Source: Parcubacteria group bacterium (GTDB lineage: Bacteria; Patescibacteriota; Minisyncoccia; Portnoybacterales; UBA2143). From it: a stretch of 64,000 bases of DNA. A program made the translations under genes and the position numbers. Positions within the stretch are counted from its first letter, which is position 1; each line of letters opens with the position of its first letter. Location: the NCBI GenBank assembly GCA_013203625.1, contig JABMPX010000005.1, positions 2,305 through 66,304 of the forward strand, read 5' to 3'. Shown here piece after piece: positions 27,579-37,604 of the stretch. The notes below the pieces were generated by a model that did no database searches, was not told the DNA's origin, and saw only the letters and a list, made by a program, of their open reading frames with translations.

Positions 27579-28803
27579 AATTTTTAATCTTTATCCAACC
27601 GGCCAATAAAATCCAGAAGTTCCATTGAAGCGCGGTAGTTCGCAAAATATTATCAAAAAAACTAGCTATGAATAAACTTAGGCAAATTACTAAAATGCCC
27701 AGACCCAAAACCTTTTCTTGATTAATACTTTTTCTAAAGATTTTGAAAAGTTTTAATAACAAAGCAACAATTAACCAAAAATAAGCTATTAATCCTAAAA
27801 TACCGTTTTCCACAAATATTTTTAAATAATCATTATGAGCATCTAAACTGCCCCAGTTAAACCCGCGGTAAAATTCAGCTAAATTAGTAAAAGTGTCTAG
27901 CCCATAACCAAACCAGGGCTGCCACAAAGATACAGGCAGAATGTCTTGCCAAAGCCGGAACCGCCAGACCATTGACCCATAAGGATCTAAAGTAATTAAT
28001 TCCCATAATCGCTGTTGAAAAATATCAGAAAAGAAATAAATAATTAAAAAGAAAAATAGACCGGCTAAAAGTAATTTTCTGTATTTTAAAATGCCGAAAA
28101 ACAGAATAAAAATAAAAAGACAGGCCAAAGCGCTACGGCTGTAAGTGGCAAAGAGTAAAAGAACTAAAAAAGCAGCAGCTATCCAAATATGAAAATTAAA
28201 ATTTTTCCATGAGACAATATCATCCTTTTTTGTTTCTGACAAAGACAGTAATAAAGAAAGAACTATGCCTAAAATAAAAAAAGTGTAAAAAGCAAAAAGA
28301 CTGGGACATGAAAAAGTGCCGTAAATTCTGTTAAATCCGCCAAAATCATCAGGTAAGCCAAAACCGCCAATTAACTGAACAAAAGCAAAGATGCCAGGTA
28401 AAATATAGCTAATTAGAATAATTTTTAATAAAAGGAGCCAATCTTTTCTGTTTTCTATAAGCTTGTAGGCCAAGAAATAAAGGAAGAAGATGCTGGTTAG
28501 TCGGATGAATTCTCTAATACTACCCAAAGCGTCTATTGAATAAAAAATGCTAATTAATGATAACCCCAAAAAGCAAAGGATAGGATAAAAAAGCGGAATT
28601 GATTTAATTGATTTGAAATTTTTAAAAATAAAAATCAGACAAACTAAAAAGACCAGTCCGCCAATAATAATATTAAGATTTAAATAAGGCAAACTAGAAT
28701 GAATCCTGAATTCTTTTTGGCTAAGGAGATCTAAAGAAGGTCTTAGCAAGACCAAAGCAAGAATAAAATAAAAGAAGTTTTTCTTATCTTTTGCCATTGA
28801 CAT
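27577..28803 (-). CDS. O-antigen ligase/polymerase-like (Wzy_C family) membrane protein
   Basis: About 10-12 TMs with the conserved YSRSALACLF segment. Confidence 0.45.
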   Translation of the reverse strand: MSMAKDKKNFFYFILALVLLRPSLDLLSQKEFRIHSSLPYLNLNIIIGGLVFLVCLIFIFKNFKSIKSIPLFYPILCFLGLSLISIFYSIDALGSIREFIRLTSIFFLYFLAYKLIENRKDWLLLLKIILISYILPGIFAFVQLIGGFGLPDDFGGFNRIYGTFSCPSLFAFYTFFILGIVLSLLLSLSETKKDDIVSWKNFNFHIWIAAAFLVLLLFATYSRSALACLFIFILFFGILKYRKLLLAGLFFFLIIYFFSDIFQQRLWELITLDPYGSMVWRFRLWQDILPVSLWQPWFGYGLDTFTNLAEFYRGFNWGSLDAHNDYLKIFVENGILGLIAYFWLIVALLLKLFKIFRKSINQEKVLGLGILVICLSLFIASFFDNILRTTALQWNFWILLAGWIKIKN

Positions 28804-28832
28804 TTTCCGTAATTTTTAGTAGAATAACAATA

Positions 28833-29876
28833 ATGAAAACAAATAAATCACCCAAAGAAAATCAAATAAAAGATGTTGTTTTAGCAATTACTTACCAATG
28901 TAATGCCCATTGTCAGTTTTGCCATATTTGGAAAAACAAAGAGCGATTTTCTTTACAAGCAGGTGATTATAAAAATTTACCACGAAATACAGAAAACATC
29001 AATATCAGCGGAGGAGAACCATTTTTAAGAAACGACTTACCAGCAATTATCCGTACGATTAATCATCAATGTTCTAGAGCTAAAATTATTATTTCTACTA
29101 ACGGCTTTTTACCAAGCACAATTAAAAGGCAAATGCAGGAAATTATTAAATTCAAAAAAGACATTGGAATTGCTGTTTCTTTAGATGGTTTTGGCAAGGT
29201 TCATGAAGATTTAAGAGGATTTCCAGGCGGATTCAGCTTGGTTTTAGAAAGCATCCGTCTTTTAAGAGATTTAGGCATAAAAAATTTGAAGATTGCTTTT
29301 ACTTTAAATAATAAGAATATTAATCAATTAAAAAGAGTTTATCAATTGAGTAAAGAATTAGGCGTGGAATTCAGTTTAGCAGTTTGTCATGACTCTTCCC
29401 ATTATTTTAAAAAGCAAAACAATGAAATTACAAACACTATACAGATTAAAAGACAAATCAGTTGGTTGATTGAAGAAGAGCTAAAGAGTTTTTCTCCAAA
29501 GAAATGGCTAAGAGCTTATTTTGCCTGGGGCATGCTTGGATTTTTAAAGAATAGAAAAAGAGTCTTGCCGGATTATTCTGGTTTAAATTCCTTGTTTATT
29601 GATCCTTTTGGCAATATTTACCCTTCAGATGTTTGGGATATGAAAATTGGCAGGTTGCAAGAAATAAAAAATTGGAATAGTTTTGTTTTAAAGACAAAAG
29701 AAATACTTTTATCTAAAGACAAAGAAAGACCAAATAGTTGGATGATTTGCACAGCTCGTCAGGCAATGAAAAAACATTGGTTGAAAGTCAGCTTGTGGAT
29801 ATTGCAGACAAAATTTTGCAGCAACAAAAAAGTATATGGTTTTACTTTTGTGCAAAATAGAGCAGCAATACAATGA
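28833..29876 (+). CDS. radical SAM domain protein (polysaccharide-locus associated)
   Basis: CNAHCQFCHIW (CxxxCxxC) near the N-terminus and GGEPFL motif. Start trimmed to ATG 28833 to avoid overlap with the divergent gene. Confidence 0.65.
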   Translation: MKTNKSPKENQIKDVVLAITYQCNAHCQFCHIWKNKERFSLQAGDYKNLPRNTENINISGGEPFLRNDLPAIIRTINHQCSRAKIIISTNGFLPSTIKRQMQEIIKFKKDIGIAVSLDGFGKVHEDLRGFPGGFSLVLESIRLLRDLGIKNLKIAFTLNNKNINQLKRVYQLSKELGVEFSLAVCHDSSHYFKKQNNEITNTIQIKRQISWLIEEELKSFSPKKWLRAYFAWGMLGFLKNRKRVLPDYSGLNSLFIDPFGNIYPSDVWDMKIGRLQEIKNWNSFVLKTKEILLSKDKERPNSWMICTARQAMKKHWLKVSLWILQTKFCSNKKVYGFTFVQNRAAIQ

Positions 29877-31162
29877 AAATTCTTCAAATAAACAAATTTT
29901 TCTTTTTAAAAGGCGGATCAGAACGATACTTCTTTGATTTATCTGAATTGTTATTTAAAAAAGGGCATGAAGTTATTGTTTGGAGTACACAGAATCCGAA
30001 AAATTTACCTTGGCCTAGACAAGAAAATTTTGCTGAATTCAGTGATTTTTCCAAGAAGCAAGGATTAATAAAAGATTTTAAGAAAGTAAGACGCATTTTT
30101 TGGAATAAAGAAGCTAAAAGAAAATTAGAGAAGATTATTAAAGAAGTCCCGATGGCAAAGTCATCGAGGATCCTCGACGCTGAAAGCGTCGGGAAAAAAC
30201 CAGATATAGCTCATCTACATAATATTTTCAGCCATCTTTCTCCTTCAATAATTTTTGCATTAAAAAAGCATGGCATTCCTATAGTAATGACCTTGCATGA
30301 TTATAAGCTGTTTTGTCCGAATTATCAGTTTTTTTCTCAGGGAGAAACCTGTTTTGATTGTTTGAAGAAAAAAAATTATTCTTCTTGTATATCTAAAAAA
30401 TGCATTAAGAATTCAAGGATTAAAAGCTTGATTGGTTATTTAGAAGCAAAATCACAAAGAGATTTTTTAAAAGTAGCGGATAAAATTAATATTTTTTTAA
30501 CACCGAGTATGTTTATGAAAAGAAAAGCGATAGAATGGGGCATTCCTAATGAAAAAGTTATTCATTTGCCGAATTTTATAGATGAAAATTATATAAGCAA
30601 AAAGTCAGAAAATAAAAAACAATCTAATTACTTTCTTTATTTTGGAAGATTAAGTCATGAAAAAGGAGTAAAGCTTTTAATAAAAGCGTTTTCTAAAACA
30701 AAAGATGAATTATCTGATTGGCAGCTGAAAATAGTTGGCGATGGTCCAGAAAAAGAAAGATTAAAAAATTTAGCCAAAGAACAAAAGCGAATAGAATTTT
30801 TAGGAGGGAAAAAAGGCAAAGAGTTGAAAGAAATAATTATTAATGCTAATTTGGTTGTTATACCTTCTATCTGGCCAGAGAATTTTCCTTATAGCGCTTT
30901 AGAAAGCTTTGCTTTGTCTAAACCAGTAATAGCAGCTAAAAATGGCGGTTTAACAGAATTAATTAAAGACAGAAAAACCGGCTTATTATTCAAATCAGGA
31001 AATGAAAAAGATTTAATAGAAAAACTTATTTGGGCGAATGATTATAAAGAAGAGCTTAAGCAAATGGGTAAAACGGCTAAAAAAGAAGTTTTAGCTCAAT
31101 ATAATCCGGAAAAGCATTATCAAAAGTTGATTAAAGTATATGAAAGAATCAAAAACAATTAA
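29873..31162 (+). CDS. glycosyltransferase family 4 (GT-B fold)
   Basis: FGRLSHEKGVKLLIKAF and ENFPYSALESFALSKPVIAAKNGG (EX7E-type) motifs; Cys-rich insert CFDC...C...C. Confidence 0.7.
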   Translation: MKILQINKFFFLKGGSERYFFDLSELLFKKGHEVIVWSTQNPKNLPWPRQENFAEFSDFSKKQGLIKDFKKVRRIFWNKEAKRKLEKIIKEVPMAKSSRILDAESVGKKPDIAHLHNIFSHLSPSIIFALKKHGIPIVMTLHDYKLFCPNYQFFSQGETCFDCLKKKNYSSCISKKCIKNSRIKSLIGYLEAKSQRDFLKVADKINIFLTPSMFMKRKAIEWGIPNEKVIHLPNFIDENYISKKSENKKQSNYFLYFGRLSHEKGVKLLIKAFSKTKDELSDWQLKIVGDGPEKERLKNLAKEQKRIEFLGGKKGKELKEIIINANLVVIPSIWPENFPYSALESFALSKPVIAAKNGGLTELIKDRKTGLLFKSGNEKDLIEKLIWANDYKEELKQMGKTAKKEVLAQYNPEKHYQKLIKVYERIKNN

Positions 31163-32510
31163 AATTTTAATAGGATTATCATTGATCTTGCTTATAGCAG
31201 GCGGTTTTATGTTTTATCAAAAAGGATGGATTAAGGAAATCTCTTTAAGCTCATTAAGCGATAGCTTAAGATTAAACAAAGATAAGCTTGAACAATTATC
31301 TCTTTTAAAGATAATTCCAGAAATAGCTGGTTTTGGCAAAGAAAAAACATATTTGTTGCTTTTTCAAAATAATTTAGAAATAAGGCCTAGTGGCGGCTAT
31401 TTAGGAACTTTTGGAATTTTAAAAGTAAAAAATGGCCAGCCATGTTTTTTTGAAGTTCATGATACTAATATTTTTGATGGATTTGGCACAATTAAAACAG
31501 AACCGCCTCAGCCAATAAAGGATTATCTTAAAATAGATAATTGGCAAATGAGAGATGGGAACTGGTCTCCTGATTGGCCAACTTCAGCTCAGCAAGTTGA
31601 ATATTTTTATCAAATCCAGGGCGGTGAGGAGAAATTTGACGGGATTATTGGAATTAACGCTGCAATTCTGCCTAATTTATTAAAATTAACAGGCCCAATT
31701 TATTTAGAAGAATTTGATAAGGAATTTAAAGCAGAAGATGTTCTTTATGAATTAGAATATGAAGTAGAAAAAGGATATGTTCAGCGCGGAATAATTCCAG
31801 GAGAAAGAAAATCAATTTTTAAAGCATTAATTAAGAAAGTATTAGAGCAAGTAGTTCAAGATAATTTTTGGGAACAGAAAGAATTAAAGAATTTTGCTAT
31901 AAATGAACTGGATAAAAAAAATGTTCTGGTATTTTTTAAGGATGCTGAACTTCAAGGAACAATGGTTAAATTTGAATGGGCTGGATTAGTTAATCAATCA
32001 GAACAAGATGATTATTTAATGATTAATGAAGCTAATTTAGCTTCTAAAAAAAGCAGCGCTTTTGTTAAAAGGCAAATTGAATATTCTGTTGATTTGACAG
32101 GAACCAGGCCTTTGGTGAATTTGAAAATTAAGTTCACTCATAAAGGTGGAGACAAAGATTGGTTTAATGATGATTATCGTTCTTATTTAAGAATTTATGC
32201 GCCAAAAGGCAGCTGGTTTTTAAAAGCAAAAGGAGTAGAAAATGGAACAAAATTTCTTGATGAATTAAATAAAACAGTTTTTGGCAATTTAATAATCGTG
32301 CCAACTGGGCAAGAAAAAACAATTGAATTTACTTATCTTTTACCAGAAAGAATAGAGCAAAAGGATGATTATAGTATTTTAGTTCAGAAACAATCAGGCA
32401 TAGATAATATCCCTTTCAAGTTAGTCCTAAAAGATGTTAATCAAAAAGAATATATTAGAGAAAAAATTATTGAAAAAGATTACGAGGAGGAAATCTTATT
32501 TATAAGATGA
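31140..32510 (+). CDS. hypothetical membrane-anchored extracytoplasmic protein (glycan-locus associated)
   Basis: Single N-terminal TM (ILIGLSLILLIAGGFMF) and a large hydrophilic domain with no recognised catalytic motif. Confidence 0.4.
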   Translation: MKESKTIKILIGLSLILLIAGGFMFYQKGWIKEISLSSLSDSLRLNKDKLEQLSLLKIIPEIAGFGKEKTYLLLFQNNLEIRPSGGYLGTFGILKVKNGQPCFFEVHDTNIFDGFGTIKTEPPQPIKDYLKIDNWQMRDGNWSPDWPTSAQQVEYFYQIQGGEEKFDGIIGINAAILPNLLKLTGPIYLEEFDKEFKAEDVLYELEYEVEKGYVQRGIIPGERKSIFKALIKKVLEQVVQDNFWEQKELKNFAINELDKKNVLVFFKDAELQGTMVKFEWAGLVNQSEQDDYLMINEANLASKKSSAFVKRQIEYSVDLTGTRPLVNLKIKFTHKGGDKDWFNDDYRSYLRIYAPKGSWFLKAKGVENGTKFLDELNKTVFGNLIIVPTGQEKTIEFTYLLPERIEQKDDYSILVQKQSGIDNIPFKLVLKDVNQKEYIREKIIEKDYEEEILFIR

Positions 32511-33622
32511 AAATAGCAATGATTGGTCAAAAAGGCATACCTACGCTTTTTGGAGGAATAGAGCGCCATGTTGAGGGGATTTCTTTAAATTTGGCTCAAA
32601 AAAAAGATCCAGCTGGCTTGCTATACCAAGTATTTGTCTATGCCAGGCCTTATTACACTCCTAAAAAAATCAAGCAGTATAAAAAAGTAAATGTTGTTCA
32701 TTTGCCAAGCTTAAAAACAAAACATTTAGATGCTATTAGTCATGTTTTTTTGGCTAGCTGGCATGCTATTTTTAAAATTAAGCCGGACATTATTCACTAT
32801 CATGGCATTGGACCAGGTTTATGTGTTTGGATACCTAAATTATTTAGTCCAAAAACAAAAGTTATTTTCACTTTCCATTGTAGGGATTATTTTCATAAAA
32901 AATGGGGTGGGTTTGCCCGATTGTCTTTGAAAATAGGGGAAATGATTAGCTGTTATTTAGCTGATGAGGTTATTCCAGTTTCTTTGGAAATACAAAAATA
33001 TATTGAGGAAAAATATAATCGTCAGACCAATTTTATTCCGCATGGAGTTAATCAAGAAAAATTTACTCCAGCTGAAATAATTAAAAAATGGGGATTGGAA
33101 AAAGATGATTATATTATAGCAGTTAGCCGTTTAATTAAGCACAAGGGCATTCATTATTTAATTAAAGCTTTTCAGAATATTAAAACTAAAAAGAAATTAG
33201 TCATTGTTGGGCCTTGTTTTTATACTGAAAAATATGAACAAAAACTTAAGCAAATAGCTAAAAACGATTCAAGAATTCTCTTTTTGGGAACTCAGCAAGG
33301 AAAAGCATTAAAAGAACTTTTCAGCAATGCGTATTTTTTTGTTAATCCTTCAGAACAGGAAGGATTGCCTTTTACAGTTTTAGAAGCAGCTAGTTTTAAT
33401 CAAGCGCTTTTAATTTCAAATATTCCTATTCACCAAAAAATGTTTGGAGATTTACCTTTTTTCTTTGAGAATAAAAACATTAAAGATTTAAAAGAAAAAA
33501 TAGAATTTCTTTTAAAAAATCCTCAATTGGTCTGTGAAAGAGCAAGAAAACTTAGAGATTATGCCAGACAAAATTATAATTGGGACGAGGTTGTGGAAAG
33601 AACAATTTTGATATATATTTAA
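32507..33622 (+). CDS. glycosyltransferase family 4
   Basis: MKIAMIGQKGIPTLFGGIERHVEGI N-terminus and EGLPFTVLEAASFNQALLISN C-terminal motif. Confidence 0.7.
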   Translation: MKIAMIGQKGIPTLFGGIERHVEGISLNLAQKKDPAGLLYQVFVYARPYYTPKKIKQYKKVNVVHLPSLKTKHLDAISHVFLASWHAIFKIKPDIIHYHGIGPGLCVWIPKLFSPKTKVIFTFHCRDYFHKKWGGFARLSLKIGEMISCYLADEVIPVSLEIQKYIEEKYNRQTNFIPHGVNQEKFTPAEIIKKWGLEKDDYIIAVSRLIKHKGIHYLIKAFQNIKTKKKLVIVGPCFYTEKYEQKLKQIAKNDSRILFLGTQQGKALKELFSNAYFFVNPSEQEGLPFTVLEAASFNQALLISNIPIHQKMFGDLPFFFENKNIKDLKEKIEFLLKNPQLVCERARKLRDYARQNYNWDEVVERTILIYI

Positions 33623-33641
33623 TTTGTGGTAAAATTTAGAA

Positions 33642-34388
33642 ATGCATAGAAACCGCATCACACAATCAGTTATTTTAGGTTTAACCACTTTTGTAGCTGC
33701 CTTTGCTTGGATTGGCTTAAAAGGAGTTTTATTTGAAAATGGAAATTGGATCTGGCCAAGCAGCGGCTTTTTAATTTTACTTATTTTTCTTGGATTAGGC
33801 TGGTTAATAACAAAATCAAAAGCAATTTTATTTATCAGTTTATCAATTATCTTAATCTGTTTTTTCTTTTCTTTTGGCTTTAAATTGGAATATTTAGCGG
33901 TTATTTTAATCGCTTTATTGCTTTTTGTCTTTGGTTCCTGTATGGCAATTAATGAAAAAGAAATTAGAATTAAGATTGAAGTAAGAAGAATTCTTAAAAG
34001 AGGACTGCCAACTGTTTTAACTGGATTGTGTTTAATTATTGCCGCAGCTTACTACTTTTCTCCTTTAGCTCTATATGGTCAAAATAAGATTGAAATGCCT
34101 CGGCCTTTGTTTGATATAATTATCGGTCCAGTAACAGGCATGAATGATGAATTTAAAGATGATTTTTATCAAACAATTAATCAGGAAATTAACAGACATA
34201 GCCAGTCCTATAAACAATACTTTTCTCTTGGCTTGACTGCAGGTTTCTTTTTTGCTTTAAGAACAGTAGCCGTTGTTTTTAGTTGGTTGGTTATTTTATT
34301 AACCTCGTTGATTTTTAAAATTTTAGTTTCTCTAGGAGCAATTAAAATACAAGAAAAAGCAGTTTTGAAAGAAGTAATTGAAATTTAA
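33642..34388 (+). CDS. hypothetical integral membrane protein
   Basis: About 6 predicted TMs, no motif. Confidence 0.4.
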   Translation: MHRNRITQSVILGLTTFVAAFAWIGLKGVLFENGNWIWPSSGFLILLIFLGLGWLITKSKAILFISLSIILICFFFSFGFKLEYLAVILIALLLFVFGSCMAINEKEIRIKIEVRRILKRGLPTVLTGLCLIIAAAYYFSPLALYGQNKIEMPRPLFDIIIGPVTGMNDEFKDDFYQTINQEINRHSQSYKQYFSLGLTAGFFFALRTVAVVFSWLVILLTSLIFKILVSLGAIKIQEKAVLKEVIEI

Positions 34389-34395
34389 ATTTTTT

Positions 34396-35487
34396 ATGCC
34401 TAAAGATTATTATGAAATTCTTGGCGTTCCTCGCAGCGCGTCAGAGCAGGAAATAAAAAAGACATATCGAAAATTAGCTCTTAAATATCATCCTGATCGC
34501 GCGCCAAAAGATAAAAAAAAGGAATACGAAGAAAAATTTAAAAAAATCAGCCAGGCCTACGGGGTTCTTTCTGATAAAGACAAAAAAGCTCAATATGACC
34601 AATATGGTCAGACATTTGATGGAGCGCAAGGAATGCCTTTTGGCCAACAAGATTTCCATTCTTTCCATGAAGCATTTGGTGGACAGGATATTTTTGAAGA
34701 TTTAGGTTTCGGAAGAATTTTTGAAGAGATGTTCGGTTTTAGGCAAAGAACAGGAACAAAGCCAGATGTTCAATATGGCCAGGATATTTCTTTAGATATG
34801 GAAATTGATTTAGAAGATTCTTTTCATGGCATTGAAAAAGAGATTAGTTTGCGAAAAATGGTTGTTTGTCAAGAATGCAATGGCAAAGGAGGCAAGTTGC
34901 TGAAAAAATGTTCAGCTTGCGAAGGAAGTGGGTATGAACAAGTAAGTAATAGAAGCTTATTTGGTATTTTTATTCAACAAAGACCATGTTCTAAATGTTA
35001 TGGCAGGGGAGAAATGCCTGAAAAAACTTGTGCAGAATGCCGCGGCCAAGGACGAATCAAACAAGCTGAAAAAATTAAAATAACTGTTCCTTTTGGCATT
35101 GAAAACGGACAGGTTTTAAAACTAACAGGCCAGGGGGAAGCAGGCCCTTATAATGTGCCAGCTGGCGATTTGTTTGTTAATATTCATATACGGCCTCATA
35201 AGCATTTTCAGCGCCAGGGAGTAAATTTAATATTAAATCTAGATATTAACTTTTCTCAAGCTGCTTTAGGTGATAAAATAGAAATACCATTATTAGATGG
35301 AAAAGTTAATTTAAAGATTCCGTCTGGCATTCAGCCAGGAGAGATGATAGAGTTAAAAGGCAAGGGCATGCCTAAATTATACGGAAAAGGACAAGGAAAT
35401 TTAATTGTTAAAATTCAAGTAAATGTTCCTAAAAAAGTATCTCGCAGACAGAGAAATATTATAGAGGAGTTAAAAAAAGAAATTTAA
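34396..35487 (+). CDS. dnaJ: chaperone DnaJ
   Basis: J-domain [32 protein letters not shown], four CxxCxGxG zinc-finger repeats, C-terminal domains. Confidence 0.9.
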   Translation: MPKDYYEILGVPRSASEQEIKKTYRKLALKYHPDRAPKDKKKEYEEKFKKISQAYGVLSDKDKKAQYDQYGQTFDGAQGMPFGQQDFHSFHEAFGGQDIFEDLGFGRIFEEMFGFRQRTGTKPDVQYGQDISLDMEIDLEDSFHGIEKEISLRKMVVCQECNGKGGKLLKKCSACEGSGYEQVSNRSLFGIFIQQRPCSKCYGRGEMPEKTCAECRGQGRIKQAEKIKITVPFGIENGQVLKLTGQGEAGPYNVPAGDLFVNIHIRPHKHFQRQGVNLILNLDINFSQAALGDKIEIPLLDGKVNLKIPSGIQPGEMIELKGKGMPKLYGKGQGNLIVKIQVNVPKKVSRRQRNIIEELKKEI

Positions 35488-35492
35488 TTTTT

Positions 35493-36029
35493 ATGCGTGA
35501 GTTTTTAACTAATTTTCATATTGGCGCGGCTTCAGGATGGGATTTATTTATTATCCTGATTTTTCTGATTGCTGTTCTTGTTTATGGTTTTTTCTTGGGC
35601 CGCAATAGAATGATTATTTTGCTTTTAAGCAGTTATTTTTCTTTGGCTATTATTCAAGTTTTTCCGTGGATAAAATTAAGCTCTTTGGGCTGGTTAGGTA
35701 TTGATGCAGAACCTTCATCTTCCTTGAAAATTTTAATCTTTTTGGGTATTATTTTATTATTATATTTTTTAATTCCTCGTTCTATACTTACTTCAACTTT
35801 AAGGATTAAAAGAAGGGGAGAGGCGTCTTGGCTGCGATTGTTTATTTTAAGCATTGCTCAAGTTGGGTTATTAGCTATGATTATTCTTTCTTTTTTATCA
35901 ATCCAAGTAATTAGCGATCTTGGCTATTGGATTAAAAAGATATTTATTGGTCCAGAAGCTCAATTTGTCTGGATTACTCTGCCGATTATAGTTATAATTT
36001 TAATGCGCAGGAAGAAAAAAGCGGAATAA
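35493..36029 (+). CDS. hypothetical integral membrane protein
   Basis: 4-5 TMs, no motif. Confidence 0.4.
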   Translation: MREFLTNFHIGAASGWDLFIILIFLIAVLVYGFFLGRNRMIILLLSSYFSLAIIQVFPWIKLSSLGWLGIDAEPSSSLKILIFLGIILLLYFLIPRSILTSTLRIKRRGEASWLRLFILSIAQVGLLAMIILSFLSIQVISDLGYWIKKIFIGPEAQFVWITLPIIVIILMRRKKKAE

Positions 36030-36035
36030 AAATAA

Positions 36036-36109
36036 GCGCCGTTAGCTCAGCCCGGTAGAGCAATTGCCTTTTAAGCAACTGGTCGGGGGTTCGAATCCCT
36101 CACGGCGCA
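36036..36109 (+). tRNA. tRNA-Lys (anticodon TTT)
   Basis: GCGCCGTTAGCTCAGCCCGGTAGAGCA..., anticodon loop CTTTTAA, T-arm GGTTCGAATCCC, 3' ACGGCGCA. Confidence 0.85.
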
Positions 36110-36131
36110 CTGGGAATATATGAATTTAATG

Positions 36132-36160
36132 TTGACATTAGTTTTAGTTGTTAGTAAAAT
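36132..36160 (+). promoter_or_regulatory. promoter TTGACA-N17-TAAAAT for hicBA
   Basis: TTGACA 36132-36137, TAAAAT 36155-36160. The hicB ATG lies only ~9 nt downstream. Confidence 0.4.
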
Positions 36161-36168
36161 ATCAATAT

Positions 36169-36417
36169 ATGAATAAATCTTTTTTATCTAAAATTAAAGA
36201 CAATCGTTTTCCTTTAGTGGTTGAAAAAGACGAAGATGGTTTTTATGTGGTTGAATGCACTCTTTTTAAGGGTTGTTATTCTCAAGGGAAAACATTAGAT
36301 AAGGCCTTAGAAAATATTAAGGAGGTTATTGAGCTTTGTTTGGAGGAAAAAGAAAATCAGGAAATAATAAAATCATATAAGCCTAAAGAATTAAGTCTGC
36401 ATACTATTACGCTTTAA
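36169..36417 (+). CDS. hicB: type II antitoxin, HicB family (UPF0150-type minimal form)
   Basis: GFYVVECTLFKGCYSQGKTLDKALENIKEVIELCLEE matches the HicB N-domain signature (GCvsqGeT.eEA..n..eAi). Confidence 0.7.
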   Translation: MNKSFLSKIKDNRFPLVVEKDEDGFYVVECTLFKGCYSQGKTLDKALENIKEVIELCLEEKENQEIIKSYKPKELSLHTITL

Positions 36418-36420
36418 TTT

Positions 36421-36645
36421 ATGGCGAAATTACCATCAATTTCTGGAAAAAAAGCAATAAAAACATTTGAAAAAATTGGCTACCAAATAATTAGAAAAAA
36501 AGGTAGTCATTTTCGTTTATATCATCCAAATAAAGAGCCAATAACTATTCCTAATCACAAAAATTTAGCTAAAGGGCTTTTAAGAAAAATATTAAGAGAT
36601 GCGGAAATTTCTGTTAAAGAGTTTATTGACTTGCTTAAAAGATAA
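36421..36645 (+). CDS. hicA: type II toxin, HicA family mRNA interferase
   Basis: GKKAIKTFEKIGYQIIRKKGSHFRLYHPN carries the HicA GSH signature and dsRBD-like length (74 aa). Starts 3 nt after hicB. Confidence 0.75.
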   Translation: MAKLPSISGKKAIKTFEKIGYQIIRKKGSHFRLYHPNKEPITIPNHKNLAKGLLRKILRDAEISVKEFIDLLKR

Positions 36646-36768
36646 TTTCAGAGGCCGTGCACATTACCACTAAAAATTGACAGGATAATATATTTATGTT
36701 ATCCTATTTTTAATAGTTCATAGTAGTTCATAAAAAACTGAATAAAAAACTTTAGACAGGAGGTTGTT
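36646..36768 (+). promoter_or_regulatory. regulatory region: ATTTCAGAGGCCGTGC motif, TTGACA, 22-bp palindrome GGATAAtatatttatgTTATCC, direct repeats, AGGAGG RBS
   Basis: Motif 36646-36660; TTGACA 36677-36682; palindrome 36683-36704; AGTTCATA x2 (36715, 36725); ATAAAAAACT x2 (36730, 36742); AGGAGG 36758-36763. Confidence 0.35.
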
Positions 36769-37074
36769 ATGGAAAAGGTTCTTTTAAGAAATGGAAGTGA
36801 AATAGACAAGAATATTGTTGTTGCGATAATGGTGGGAATGGAAATGTTATTGAAAACCGAAAATCCAATGGACAAACACATACTTCTTTATGAGCTGAGA
36901 GAAAGATGTAAAAATCCGAATCATGAATTCTACGCTGATTCGGAAGAAAAACTGAAACAGTATGGATTAATCCAATCCATTGGAATCCATGAATCGGCTC
37001 GTAATATTATTCTGTCAGCCATCAAAGAAGAAGAAGGTGGCGCTATAATGACCTGGGAATCTCCCATGGCATAG
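36769..37074 (+). CDS. hypothetical protein (101 aa, no recognisable family)
   Basis: Strong AGGAGG RBS. GC and codon usage differ from flanking genes. Confidence 0.5.
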   Translation: MEKVLLRNGSEIDKNIVVAIMVGMEMLLKTENPMDKHILLYELRERCKNPNHEFYADSEEKLKQYGLIQSIGIHESARNIILSAIKEEEGGAIMTWESPMA

Positions 37075-37111
37075 AGGGTTAACTCTTAACGAAAAATAAG
37101 GAGGAATTGTG

Positions 37112-37549
37112 ATGGAAAAAGATTGTCCGTTTTGCAATACAGAACAGATGGAAAAAAGTGCGATTTTTCCTAATCCTGACAAATACGAAGATTGGGAAAC
37201 ACAAGGAAACGTTTTTGTTATAAATGTCCTTGCTCCTGCCATGAAAGGACACTGTATGGTCATTCCCCGGGGACATGTAGAATGTCTTTCTGAATTATCG
37301 TCAACCGAAGTTTCAGAACTGTTCCGAGTTGCTGAGAGAACTATTGAAAAATTGAAAGGCCACTTCGGATACGAAGCATTTACGCCTTTCTGGCTTGTGG
37401 GAAGATATAGAACCGTGCCTCATTTTCACCTCCACATTGTTCCGGACATGATTATCAAAAGCCGGAGCCAAGAGGAAAAGGAGGCAACTAAACTTAACCC
37501 TGAACAGAGAGAAAATTTGGTTCAGGAGTTAAGAACAGTCTTATCTTGA
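37112..37549 (+). CDS. HIT (histidine triad) family nucleotide hydrolase/transferase
   Basis: N-terminal CPFC zinc motif and histidine triad VPHFHLHIVP. AGGAGG RBS 8 nt upstream of ATG 37112. Confidence 0.8.
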   Translation: MEKDCPFCNTEQMEKSAIFPNPDKYEDWETQGNVFVINVLAPAMKGHCMVIPRGHVECLSELSSTEVSELFRVAERTIEKLKGHFGYEAFTPFWLVGRYRTVPHFHLHIVPDMIIKSRSQEEKEATKLNPEQRENLVQELRTVLS

Positions 37550-37565
37550 AAGAAACTTTCATTAA

Positions 37566-37604
37566 GCGCCTAGTTCCTAAATTTGGAACCAAGGCGCTTT
37601 TTTT
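37566..37604 (+). terminator. rho-independent terminator
   Basis: GCGCC..GTTCC-taaattt-GGAAC..GGCGC hairpin followed by TTTTTTT. Confidence 0.6.

Noticed and set aside
36148-36168. TTG start for hicB proposed by the ORF track
   Set aside because: It falls inside the promoter spacer and -10 hexamer. The ATG at 36169 is used instead.
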